A stretch of DNA of 64,000 bases from Caldisphaera sp. (lineage in GTDB: Archaea > Thermoproteota > Thermoprotei_A > Sulfolobales > Acidilobaceae). Positions 10,214 through 20,033 of the stretch are shown piece after piece. Positions within the stretch are counted from its first letter, which is position 1; every line of letters starts with the position of its first letter. The stretch lies in contig JBMFKU010000002.1 in assembly GCA_049971805.1 (NCBI GenBank), forward strand, positions 32,001 through 96,000, given 5' to 3'. The notes under the pieces were generated by a model, which saw only the letters and a program-made list of their open reading frames with translations, was not told where the DNA came from and made no database searches. The position numbers were made by a program, and so were the translations under genes.

Positions 10214-11212
10214 ATGGATAAATGGAAGGAGATAGATGATAAAGTATTTAATTATAAAATAAATGAATTAGCAGAAAAGCTAGCAAAAAAATATGGATAT
10301 TCAAGCTATATAGTAGAAAGATATCTTATGCTTTTAGGAAAAGAAGAAACTATTGAATTGTTGCAAGCAAATGAAGCATCACTACCTGAAACGATAAGAT
10401 GTAATGATTTCCTTATCAAATGCAACAAATTGGAAAAGAGATTAAAGGAAAAGGGATTTAAAATTGGGAAAATACCTTTCCTACCTCATGGTTATGAAAT
10501 AATAAAGTCACCATATAAACCAGGCGCAACCCACGAGTATCTTATGGGTTATTATTATATACAGGACCCTGGCTCTATGTTGATTACTTATCTCTTAAAT
10601 CCAAGAAAAAATGAAATAATAGTTGATATGGCAGCTGCCCCTGGAGGTAAATCAAGCCAAATACTGCAGCTTACAAATGATAATGTGAGGCTAATAGCTG
10701 TTGAGCTTAAATCTAATAGAGTTAAATCTTTGAGATCCAATTTACAAAGAATGGGCTTTTCTAGTTATTTAATATTAGAGACAGACGCTAGGAAATTAAA
10801 TTTAAAAGATATAGATAGAGTACTATTGGATTCCCCATCAAGTGGGGAAGGAATTATTAGAAAAGATCCAAGAAGAAAGACAAGCAGACCTAGAGGAGAT
10901 ATGAAGAAAATTCATAGGTTGCAGCTCAACTTGTTAAATAAAGGATTAGATTTATTGAAGAATGGTGGAGAAATGATTTATGCTGCATGTTCAACTGCCA
11001 TTGAAGAGGGTGAATACGTTATTAACAAAATTTTACATGAAAGAAGTAACGTAGATATAGTTAAGGTGAATTCACCTATAGGAAGTAATGCATTTATCGA
11101 ATTTAATGGTGTAAAGTTTGATGATAGAATATCAAGCTGTTTAAGATTATGGCCACATAGGGATGGTACGGAGGGTTTTTTTATATGCAAGCTAAAGAAG
11201 CTCCAAGATTAA
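10214..11212 (+). CDS. NOL1/NOP2/Sun RNA m5C methyltransferase
   Basis: DMAAAPGGKS, LLDSPSSGEG, YAACS, RLWPH..GTEGFF. Confidence 0.9.
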   Translation: MDKWKEIDDKVFNYKINELAEKLAKKYGYSSYIVERYLMLLGKEETIELLQANEASLPETIRCNDFLIKCNKLEKRLKEKGFKIGKIPFLPHGYEIIKSPYKPGATHEYLMGYYYIQDPGSMLITYLLNPRKNEIIVDMAAAPGGKSSQILQLTNDNVRLIAVELKSNRVKSLRSNLQRMGFSSYLILETDARKLNLKDIDRVLLDSPSSGEGIIRKDPRRKTSRPRGDMKKIHRLQLNLLNKGLDLLKNGGEMIYAACSTAIEEGEYVINKILHERSNVDIVKVNSPIGSNAFIEFNGVKFDDRISSCLRLWPHRDGTEGFFICKLKKLQD

Positions 11213-11706
11213 GGGATCTAAGTGAAAAAGAGTTGCATATCATTAAGGAATTTACAGACAGTTTAGGGATAAAAATAGAGTCAATACTAAATAACCCTAA
11301 GATATTAATTGTGAAAGGCGCAAAATTTAATGATGTTTTTGATTTTCCTATTTATTTTAATGGCCTGATAGATGATATTAAATCCATATATTCTGGGGGT
11401 TATTATTTAGGTTATATAAAGAAAGAAAAATTTCATCCTGGGATACCTCTAGCAAATAGAATTTCAAGGTTATGTAAAATTATAGATTGCATTATTATCG
11501 ATGATACTGGAGAGAAAATTTTTCTATATGGGAAAAATGTAAACCAAAACCACTTAATAAAGTTTAGCAAAGGACTAAAAGTTGTTGTAAATGCAAATTA
11601 TGAATCCTTAGGTTGGGGAATAGGTAAAGTTATTAATGGGAAAAAAGAAATTAAAATAGTTGAACCACTGAAAGATTTGGGCTGGTATTTAAGAAGAGGT
11701 GGGTAG
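11185..11706 (+). CDS. Nip7-like PUA protein (ribosome biogenesis)
   Basis: EKIFLYGKNV, GWG, C-terminal DLGWYLRRGG; follows NOL1 gene. Confidence 0.75.
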   Translation: MQAKEAPRLRDLSEKELHIIKEFTDSLGIKIESILNNPKILIVKGAKFNDVFDFPIYFNGLIDDIKSIYSGGYYLGYIKKEKFHPGIPLANRISRLCKIIDCIIIDDTGEKIFLYGKNVNQNHLIKFSKGLKVVVNANYESLGWGIGKVINGKKEIKIVEPLKDLGWYLRRGG

Positions 11707-12442
11707 AATGGCATTTAATGATGGAGATTTCGTGCTAATAAACTATACCATTAAGGTTAAAGATGGTAATAATTTAAAGGTGCAAGAAACTACATATCAG
11801 GATGTGGCAAAACAAGCTGGAATATTTGATCCAAATAAAAAATATGGACCTTATTTAGTTGTTATAGGAAAAAGTCAATTAATTGAGGCTGTAGATGATG
11901 CTATTAAAGAAATGCAAGTTGGAGAAAAGAAAGAAATAATAGCTAAACCTGAAAAAGCCTATGGCGTAAAAAGAGAAGATTTAGTTATTAGATTACCTGT
12001 AAAGCAATTAAGAAGATATAATATACCTCCAAAGATAGGCCAAAAAGTTGAAATCGGTGGAAGAATTGGGATTATAGAAAGGCTTGCTGAAAGATTTGCA
12101 TATATAGATTTTAATCATCCTTTAGCTGGAAAAGATTTATCAATAGATTTGGAGGTAGTTCAGAAAATAGACGATTTTAATGATAAAGTTAAATATCTTG
12201 TAGAAAGATGGCTAGGATTAGACAAAAACAAAGTAAGCATTGAAGGGGATCAAGATAGTCTAAAAATTAATTTACCATCTGATGTGATAGGTATAAGTGA
12301 TTTGGAATCAAAACTTCAGCTTTTGACTAGGGATATATATCAGTATATTAAGCCAAAGGAGGTCAATATTAATATAAAGGTTGAATATAAAGAAGAAAGC
12401 AAGGTTGAAAATAAAGAAGAAACTAAAGAGAAAGGGCAATAA
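11699..12442 (+). CDS. Long-type FKBP peptidyl-prolyl isomerase (SlyD-like); likely start ATG 11708
   Basis: GDFVLINYT, PEKAYG, DFNHPLAGK. Confidence 0.92.
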   Translation: MGRMAFNDGDFVLINYTIKVKDGNNLKVQETTYQDVAKQAGIFDPNKKYGPYLVVIGKSQLIEAVDDAIKEMQVGEKKEIIAKPEKAYGVKREDLVIRLPVKQLRRYNIPPKIGQKVEIGGRIGIIERLAERFAYIDFNHPLAGKDLSIDLEVVQKIDDFNDKVKYLVERWLGLDKNKVSIEGDQDSLKINLPSDVIGISDLESKLQLLTRDIYQYIKPKEVNINIKVEYKEESKVENKEETKEKGQ

Positions 12443-12479
12443 GATAACAGATTAAAATTTTCTAAGAAACAAAATATAT

Positions 12480-12539
12480 GGACCGATGAAGGCTGATGGG
12501 CAGTCTGAAAGGTGGTGATATATTGCAGTTCTGAGGTCC
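12480..12539 (+). ncRNA. Box C/D methylation guide sRNA
   Basis: Terminal stem GGACC/GGTCC; C GATGAAG 12485, D' CTGA 12505, C' GGTGATA 12514, D CTGA 12531; 60 nt, intergenic, GC-rich. Confidence 0.88.
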
Positions 12540-13256
12540 ATTAATAAACAGCTAATACTTGCTACATCAGACATACATTCTCCTATATATTTTGATTTAT
12601 TTTTCACATCTTTAAATAAAATTGATGAGATTCCATGCATTTTTCTATTAGCAGGAGACATAATAAATAAAGGAAAAATTGAAAATGCAAGGCCCGTTTT
12701 CGATTTAATCAATAATAAATTTCCAGAGGTGAAGGTAATAGCAGTATTTGGTAATGATGAATATAGCGAGATATGGGATGAGCTTAGAAAGAAATACAGT
12801 AATGTAACATGGCTTTTAGATGAGTATATTGTAGTTGAATGTAATAAAACAAAGATAGCAATTGTAGGTACACCAGGGGCTATTGATAAACCTACAAAAT
12901 GGCAATTAACTCATATAAATGGCATTCAGAATTATTACCAAAATAGAGTAAATAAGATCAAAGAACTTTTAATAGAAGCTAAAGGAAAATCTGATAAAGT
13001 AATCCTGCTATCTCATTATGGTCTATCCAGCCTAACTTTAAAAGGAGAAAAACCTTTTGCATATAGTCAATTATATAGTTCGAAAATGGAAAAAATTATA
13101 TCGGAAATTAGACCTGATGTAGCAATACATGGACATGCTCATAAAGGAAAAAAGTTTGCGATATTAAATAATGTTCCTATATATAATGTAGCCATACCTT
13201 TAGTAAAAGAAGTTGTTAAAATTAAATTTAAAAAGACACTTATGGATTTAATTTAA
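12540..13256 (+). CDS. Calcineurin-like metallophosphoesterase; N-terminus extends upstream of ORF-track start, probable ATT start
   Basis: In-frame upstream of 12729: INKQLILATSDIHSP...LLAGDII (motifs I and II); then GNDE, SHY, HGHAH. Confidence 0.85.
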   Translation: MNKQLILATSDIHSPIYFDLFFTSLNKIDEIPCIFLLAGDIINKGKIENARPVFDLINNKFPEVKVIAVFGNDEYSEIWDELRKKYSNVTWLLDEYIVVECNKTKIAIVGTPGAIDKPTKWQLTHINGIQNYYQNRVNKIKELLIEAKGKSDKVILLSHYGLSSLTLKGEKPFAYSQLYSSKMEKIISEIRPDVAIHGHAHKGKKFAILNNVPIYNVAIPLVKEVVKIKFKKTLMDLI

Positions 13257-13400
13257 TTTTGCTAAGCTTATTTTTATTAGTTATTTAAATAGATAGGAAG
13301 TTTTGGAATAAAGTTTTTTATAAAGAGTATTTTATGGTTTTTTAAATTAAAAATAGAGGAAACATTTTAAAACATTTTACAATAACTTTTTTGAAGGGAA

Positions 13401-13475
13401 GCCGCGGTAGTATAGCCCGGCCCAGTATGCGGGCCTTTCGAGCCCGTGACCCGGGTTCAAATCCCGGCCGCGGCA
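13401..13475 (+). tRNA. tRNA-Glu(TTC)
   Basis: GCCGCGG/CCGCGGC acceptor, CGGGC-CT TTC GA-GCCCG, GTTCAAATC. Confidence 0.97.
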
Positions 13476-13670
13476 TAAACCTGCGTGGTCTGCACATAAA
13501 ACTATTTAATTTTTAAATGATCAGATACATAAACTGTGATGATGTTTCAGTTTTATGGAGCAAACTCTAACTTTAAAGAGCAGATATTTTTAGTTAGTGA
13601 ATGATTGTTTATTATAAACTTAAACTGAAACTTTATAAAGCCACTAATACGTTAATGTAAAATGTATTAG

Positions 13671-15455
13671 GTGTTTATCATGATAGAAGAAAAATCAGTT
13701 GAGTTAAACCTAGATTTTAGAGATTATCAGTTGAATGTGGGGAAAATTTTAGAATACGGTCATATGATAGCACCCAATCAAAAAATAATTTATGCTCCTC
13801 CTAACTTACCTATCAAGGAATATACTTATAGAGATCTTTATCAGCGCGTAAATGCCTTAGGAGCATTCTTTGAAGGGTTAGGCATTAAACGAGCTGAAAA
13901 ACCTCGAGAATTTGGTGGTAAAATAGCTGTTATGGATTGGAATACCTCAAGATACCTAGAACTTATGTATGCAGTACCTATGTATGGTGCTACATTATTT
14001 ACCGTTAACATTAGGTTAGCACCAGAAGAAATACTATACACATCAAATATTGTTAAACCCGAGGTTTTATTTATCCATACGGATTTTCTTCCATTGCTTA
14101 AACAAATTCTTACCAACATTGGAAGCATCAAATATGTAATAATAATGAATGACGCAGAAACTGTGGGAGCAAGTAAACCTCCAAAGGTTGAATTAGAGCT
14201 TCCAAGTACTGTTAAGCTCTATAACTACGAAGATATTGTTGGTAAAGGTAAAGCGCATTATGATTGGCCTGACATAGAGGAGCACGCTATAGCTGAGATA
14301 TTCTTCACATCAGGTACCACTGGTAGACCAAAAGGAGTCTATCACGAACATAGGCAAATAGTTATTGGCACAATGCAATTAACAATTGCTCATAGCCAAC
14401 CGCCAATTTCTCTTACTAATAAAGACACACAATTGCTTTTAACTCCAATGTTTCACATTCTTGGATGGCTTAACCCATATATTTCAATATTACTCGGATC
14501 ACCAATAATATTGCCTGGCAGATACGATTGGCAATACCTAACCAAATTGTTAGTTGAAAAATTTGTTCACGAGGCTAAAAAACTTAAAGGCAGAGCCATA
14601 GCATTTGGAGTACCTTCAATGCTAATATCAATTATTGAAAATGCTAAAGCCATGGGAATCAAAGAAATAAATAATTTTATGTATGGCTATGGAGGGCAAG
14701 CATTACCAGTTGCAATTTATGAAGAATGCAAGAAAATGAAAATTGAAATTGTAACAGGTTATGGCCCCTCAGAGACGCTTACAGCAATAACTCGCATGTT
14801 CATGCCTCCAAGATATTATTTAAAGGAAGGGATCGACGATGAAAAGTTTAGAGATCATGAAGTTATTGATAACACATTAGGTATACCTATTCCGCTAACT
14901 TTTGTTAAGGTTGTTGACGAGCAAGGCAGAGAATTACCATGGGATGGAAAAACTATAGGTAGACTTTTGCTTTATTCACCAACAGTAACTAGAGAGTATC
15001 TTGGTGATATCGAAAAAACTGATAGGGCTTGGAGATTTAAATATTTCGATTTGGATGACATGGTTGTAATAGATGAACATGGTTGTGTGTTTTTTGTAGA
15101 TAGGGAAAAGGATGCCGTTAAAAGCGGTGGGGAATGGATACCATCCAGCAGGCTTGAAATGTTCATATCAACACACCCAGCAGTTAGCGAAGTTGCAGTT
15201 ATAGGAGCCCCTCATCCAAGGTGGATTGAAAGACCAATAGCAGTTGTAGTGTTAAAACCAGAGTACATAGGCAAAGTTTCTGAAGAAGAGCTTAAAGACT
15301 ATTTGCAAAGAGAGTTTGTTGATAAGAATCTAATTCCTAAGTACTGGATTCCAGATAAGATAATTTTCACAAAGACGGAAGAACTACCAAGGACTTCAAC
15401 AGCAAAGATGGATAAAAAGGTTCTACGAGAAAGATATAAGAATTTATTCATATAG
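13671..15455 (+). CDS. AMP-dependent (long-chain fatty acid) acyl-CoA ligase
   Basis: FTSGTTGRPKG, GYGPSET, DREKDAVKSGGEWI, PHPRWIERP. Confidence 0.9.
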   Translation: MFIMIEEKSVELNLDFRDYQLNVGKILEYGHMIAPNQKIIYAPPNLPIKEYTYRDLYQRVNALGAFFEGLGIKRAEKPREFGGKIAVMDWNTSRYLELMYAVPMYGATLFTVNIRLAPEEILYTSNIVKPEVLFIHTDFLPLLKQILTNIGSIKYVIIMNDAETVGASKPPKVELELPSTVKLYNYEDIVGKGKAHYDWPDIEEHAIAEIFFTSGTTGRPKGVYHEHRQIVIGTMQLTIAHSQPPISLTNKDTQLLLTPMFHILGWLNPYISILLGSPIILPGRYDWQYLTKLLVEKFVHEAKKLKGRAIAFGVPSMLISIIENAKAMGIKEINNFMYGYGGQALPVAIYEECKKMKIEIVTGYGPSETLTAITRMFMPPRYYLKEGIDDEKFRDHEVIDNTLGIPIPLTFVKVVDEQGRELPWDGKTIGRLLLYSPTVTREYLGDIEKTDRAWRFKYFDLDDMVVIDEHGCVFFVDREKDAVKSGGEWIPSSRLEMFISTHPAVSEVAVIGAPHPRWIERPIAVVVLKPEYIGKVSEEELKDYLQREFVDKNLIPKYWIPDKIIFTKTEELPRTSTAKMDKKVLRERYKNLFI

Positions 15456-15789
15456 CTACTTGCCATGATGTTTATTAAAATTACATAGTAATCTAACATA
15501 TTTCAAATACCTATTCCTTAGTTTACAATGTTATCATGCGAGTCCTTACGGATGGTATGTAATTGAGAGATTGAAAAGGGTTAGGATAACTTTTTAAAAA
15601 GTATATGTAATGATCTTGTATAATATACACAGATCTTTGCAAAAAAGCTTTGAAAGTTGGAAGAAGTTTTTCATTTAGAGGATTTCTTTTAAATTAAAAA
15701 TAGAAAAAATTGAAAGGCTAAATGAGCAACAAGATTTTATTATAACGCTTAATGATTAGAATATCCTTCTTTCAATTATTTCTCTTATA

Positions 15790-16245
15790 GGCTGTTTATG
15801 CTTTTCTCTTGCATGTTCACAGTTGCATATCTCTCCTTTTCATGTCTGATGTTAGAGCCGTTATAGAATTGATATAAGCTTTCTCCTTTTGTCCCACTTT
15901 TTGTAAAAGTCTATTGGGGTATTTCAAGTTTGCTCTAGCCTTATTGGTAATTTTCAGCTTTGCTATGTTCAGAGCTATCACTTGATGAAGCTTTCTTGCT
16001 TTCTGGTTTGGTTTAGCATTATATATGCCATCAAAATAATCTGGGCTCAAGTTTTAAAGAGAAGCTTCTGAATTTATTCTATTCCTTGCAGCCTTAAATA
16101 GCTCGTTTGTTGAGTTAAACTGATACTCATTTCCTATTTCAATTTTTGCAAGCTTATAATTTCTAATCTTTTCAAGCACTATAGCCTTTCCGTGCTTCTT
16201 TCAGCAACATGGAATTTCCAAGATTGTAATTGGTAGCTTTCTATT
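15790..16245 (-). pseudogene. Degraded ORF downstream of IS607 tnpA, probably tnpB fragments
   Basis: Broken frames directly after tnpA on the same strand; call rests on position. Confidence 0.4.
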
Positions 16246-16858
16246 TTAACTGCCTCCTTTAACGTCTTCAACACACTTAATCACATTCTCGTATTTGCTG
16301 CTCTCATTAGCGTAGATTCTTGAGGTAAATGATTTAACAATTTCTACGAAATCCTTAAAGTTCATGCATATGATCCTTTGGTTCTTCTTGAAAAGCTACA
16401 ATAACGTTTACACCATAAGCCTTGAATAGTTCATCAAGGTACTCAAACTAAGCCGCGTTAGCCTATCCTTATAAGCTACTATAGCGTTGATTTGCTTACT
16501 TCTTGCGAGTTCTATTAACTTCCTTAGACCTTTCCTATTCAATTTCAAGGCAGAACCTGTGTCCTTAACCTCAATTACTTTAACTTCACAGAAAGTTTTC
16601 TTAGCTCAATGCCTCAAAGCGCTTAGTTCTCTTTCTAAATCGTCCTTTTGCAAGCTTGATGAAACCCTAGCGTATATTACAATTTGCCTGATCTTACACC
16701 GAAGTTACTTATTACTTCTCTATTTAGCTGTAAGGGATTCTCCACCTACTATTTATCTCAACAGCCCTAATTTTACCTTGCTTAATTCACTTAACAACAC
16801 TACTTCCAATCATGCCTAATACTTTAGCAACCCTTCTTGGAGTTAGGTGCCTTTCCAC
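16246..16858 (-). mobile_element. tnpA: IS607-family tnpA serine recombinase pseudogene
   Basis: Minus strand reads VERHLTPRRVAKVLG..GKIRAVEINSRWRIP, IYARVSS..QKDDLER, AYKDRLTR, DFVEIVKSFTSRIY with in-frame stops and frameshifts. Confidence 0.88.
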
Positions 16859-16888
16859 AGTACTTACCAAGGCATTTAATAGAAGTAT

Positions 16889-17665
16889 TTAAAAGTTACG
16901 ATGAATATTATAGTCTTTGTAAGTAATTTTATAACCCCTTGGTGCCACAGGCTCATAGAACATAAACTTAGGCGGAGGATATGAGTATATTTTCTTTATT
17001 CCTTCTAGACCACTAAAGATTTTATCAACAAATTCTGCTGGTATTATTATGCTTATTTCATCTTCTTCGGTCCTACCCCATACTGCTTCTCCTGAACCAG
17101 GTATGCTTATTTGAGGTTTCTTCACTTTATAAGCATAAGTAATTGAGGAACAAGAGCTTAGCCCTAGAAAGCTAGCTTCTGGGATTATGCCATGCCATAT
17201 GAGAGCTTTACCTATAGCAGCAATTTGTTGTGGTGTACCGTATATGTCAATGACATCGGGTGTAAAAGTAATATGTTCGAGAGGTGCTACTAGAACTGCC
17301 TTAACACTCCCTTGTGGTAATGCATGTTCGAGAAACTTTGAGTCTAAGTATTTCTTACCTTCATCGTTTGAAGTATGCCAGCCAGTAGCTTCTTTTTTGA
17401 GAAACTCTGGAAACTCAGGAGTTAATCCAAAAAGATATGCTCCTGCTATACAAAACATGTCCTCGAGAGTAAAAGCCATAGGCATCGAATAGTACCTAGC
17501 AAGGTTTATCACTTGGCAAACAGCTAAATGAATACCGAAATCCTTAGGCCTTTTAAAAGCAGATAACTCGCAAGGCTCTGTACAGAATTTAATGCCAAGA
17601 GGATAAGTATGTAACCCAAGTCTCCCTCTAAACTCTAGTCCAAATTTCTTAAATTCTTCAGACAA
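16889..17665 (-). CDS. DUF169 family protein
   Basis: YPLGIKF, VCQVINLAR, CIAGAYLFG, PLE..FTPDVI. Confidence 0.8.
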   Translation of the reverse strand: MSEEFKKFGLEFRGRLGLHTYPLGIKFCTEPCELSAFKRPKDFGIHLAVCQVINLARYYSMPMAFTLEDMFCIAGAYLFGLTPEFPEFLKKEATGWHTSNDEGKKYLDSKFLEHALPQGSVKAVLVAPLEHITFTPDVIDIYGTPQQIAAIGKALIWHGIIPEASFLGLSSCSSITYAYKVKKPQISIPGSGEAVWGRTEEDEISIIIPAEFVDKIFSGLEGIKKIYSYPPPKFMFYEPVAPRGYKITYKDYNIHRNF

Positions 17666-18199
17666 AGATTTTCTCCCATTTATGAAGAATTCTATAAGGA
17701 ATAAAAATCTTAGATTGCACTTGATATATATTTTGTATTATTCATGCTATAGAAAAGTAAAAAATCCTTAGTCATATTATCAGAATGTCTTTCATATCTT
17801 TTTAGAAAAGCTAAATCACTATTATACTACTATTTTGCAGCCTTCTTAGATCTTCGATTTCACTACTTAATGTTATAGGGCTGTGATATCTTGAAGGTCT
17901 TTGCTCTAGGTTTGATATGAAGCATTATATTGCATGCGGTAAGTTGCTCTAGGTTCTCATATTGTGTAATCAAAAGATGGCGTATCAGAAGATAAAATAG
18001 TTGCTCTCCTTCTTGTTTGAAGAGCGAATTTCTTAGGGTCTTAAAAATCACATCCTTTGTTGTCACTCTTAATAAATTCATTAATGTCTTCTAGTCGTTG
18101 TAGGAGTAAAGTTTGCTTCCGATCTCATTCTTGTTAATAAGACATAACTAATTTATAAAAGATTAAAAGCCTTGCCCCTTCTGCTGGGAATGAATAGCT

Positions 18200-18415
18200 T
18201 AAATACTCTTCCATTTCATGTCCTAAATGATGTAAGAAAATGGTTTAAATCAGACATCGTTGGTTTAAATGCTCTTGCAGTTATGAGAATGATAGAGAGT
18301 TATTCAATTACTAATTTAAATAGGGGTTCTCTGACCCTCGCTATTGCCCCTCGTAAGAGATGTAAACCCAAATTAATGAGAGGAAACTTGCAATTTATGG
18401 CGAGAAGGCTTCCAA
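18200..18415 (+). mobile_element. IS200/IS605-type tnpB 3' remnant with right-end region
   Basis: WFKSDIVGLN resembles the last RuvC motif; followed by GGGTTCTCTGACCC..TGCCCCTC..AGATGTAAACCCAAAT..TGAGAGGAAAC, which resembles crenarchaeal tnpB tails. Confidence 0.6.
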
Positions 18416-18429
18416 TATAAATTTTTATA

Positions 18430-19050
18430 TAAGAATTGTCCATAAACAGGTCTAGATTTGATCGTTGTTTTTTATTATTATTGTTGTTAACTAATCAATT
18501 TCAAATTATTATAGTAAAGCACTGCCCAAACTATTATTGCTAGCTTTCTAATGCAACAATAAGTTTCTTACCCTTTATTTTACCTCTATGTCATAAAATT
18601 CCATTATAACAGTTTACCTTTTATTTAATATGGAGAAGAACAATGCCTTCCTCAATATTTCATTCCCTTTCTCATATACCCTTACAGTTTCTTTATAGCT
18701 CCTCTTAACAACAGGGTCTAGCAATATGCTATGAACTTCCTCTTGTTTCTCTTTATATCACCAATCCTTGCTAGAATTAATGAGCCCATGTTCTTATAAT
18801 TCTTGATTGTAAATATAGGCGTTTATCAATTTTCTTAATTATTTCATTTTCTATCATTTCCTTCTCAAGCATCTTAATTTCTTCAACAAGAAATTCATCA
18901 GAAATATATCACCAATTTTTATTGCTCTAAGTTCTTCCTTGTTATCATTAAAACCTATTATTATAAGATCCCTCCTTACTTATTAATCTATTCTTAATCC
19001 TGAAATTTTAACAGTAAAATCCCATTGGCTTGTTAATCCCTTCTCTCTCC
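18430..19050 (-). mobile_element. IS110-family transposase pseudogene, C-terminal part
   Basis: LTSQWDF, RIKNR..RRDLIIIGF, ILARIGDIKR, FIAYC.DPVV, KGNEILRKALF, GKKLIVAL.RKLAIIVWAVL; heavily frameshifted. Confidence 0.8.
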
Positions 19051-19086
19051 ATAGGCTAAGAGCTCGAATAATAAGGGTGAAATTCG

Positions 19087-19380
19087 TTGGAGACTCCATT
19101 TACGGAATAGATTTATCTAAGAATAATTTAACCTTTTGAAGGCGTAATTTATAATATTTCAAATAATGAGAAAGGATATGAGTTAAAAAGTATATTGCCT
19201 AAAGTGTAATAGGCCTTGAAAGCACTGGTGTATATCATATAAACCTATGCATCTATCTAAATAAAATAATGGTTGTAAACTTAATTGAAGGTAAGGATTT
19301 TAGGAGAAAAAAAGAGCTCGGAAACGATGCTAAAAAGCTTTCTGTTAATATTTATGGAATTCAATGAGGTCAAAGTCTAC
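19087..19380 (+). mobile_element. IS110-family transposase pseudogene, N-terminal DEDD part
   Basis: GGTGA SD, TTG, then IYGIDLSK, IGLESTGVYH, DFRRKK..NDAKKL. Confidence 0.8.
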
Positions 19381-19448
19381 TCCAGCCAGATCTATTATTT
19401 ATAGATCTGACCAATATATCTTATATAAGAGAGGTCAGCATAGTTAAC

Positions 19449-20033
19449 GTGATGGCTATGAGTATAATTATTATATATCATGATACAGAAAATTATGAGA
19501 ACTATAAAGAATTGGAAGAAGATATAAAAAATAACCTAAACAATGCTATACTGATTCCTATTTCAGAAATTGATAAAATAAAATTAAATCATGATGATAA
19601 GGTGATATCTTTAATACCACTTAGAGGCGGGCACAACAAAAGCATTGAGCAGATATCAAAAAAATATAACATTATACTTTATAAACTACCTATAGAGTTA
19701 ATATTAAAAGGTATTATAAGTAATTTAAGATCGAATAAATGCGACGAACTATGCATTGTGTACTGGAAAGCCAAAAGGCTTGTAAACGAACAAGAAGAAG
19801 ATCTAAATTATCTCATAGAGAACATAAAAAATAACCTAAAAATAAGCAATGTATCACTAGATTGTAACAAATGTTATAAATGCGTTATAGCTTTAACGAT
19901 GCTAAAAGGTAAATTATCCGAAAACGCTTTAAAAATGAAAGAGAAATGTAACAGTTTTGTTATTGAGGATTTATATAGTATATCAAAAAGCGATATAATT
20001 AATTGGATAAAAAATGTAAGCCGCCAACAATAA
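19449..20033 (+). CDS. Hypothetical protein, weakly CbiX/chelatase-like
   Basis: IIIIYH and LIPLRGGH recall CbiX His motifs; duplicated alpha/beta pattern. Confidence 0.45.
   Translation: MMAMSIIIIYHDTENYENYKELEEDIKNNLNNAILIPISEIDKIKLNHDDKVISLIPLRGGHNKSIEQISKKYNIILYKLPIELILKGIISNLRSNKCDELCIVYWKAKRLVNEQEEDLNYLIENIKNNLKISNVSLDCNKCYKCVIALTMLKGKLSENALKMKEKCNSFVIEDLYSISKSDIINWIKNVSRQQ

Noticed and set aside
12452-12712. Minus-strand 86-aa ORF, and other short antisense ORFs such as 428-613, 4488-4808, 9114-9488, 16487-16819, 36655-36891, 39064-39549, 44880-45086, 53493-53909
   Set aside because: Shadows of real genes, tRNAs or pseudogenes, with no recognisable motifs.
13536-13631. GTGATGA...CTGA with inverted repeat GTTTCAGTTT/AAACTGAAAC upstream of the acyl-CoA ligase
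   Set aside because: Too long for a C/D sRNA, no terminal stem or internal boxes, and AT-rich; could be chance or an operator.
15560-15720. ATTGAAAG-like words resembling CRISPR repeat ends (also near 3263 and 61207)
   Set aside because: No regular repeat-spacer periodicity and no cas genes.
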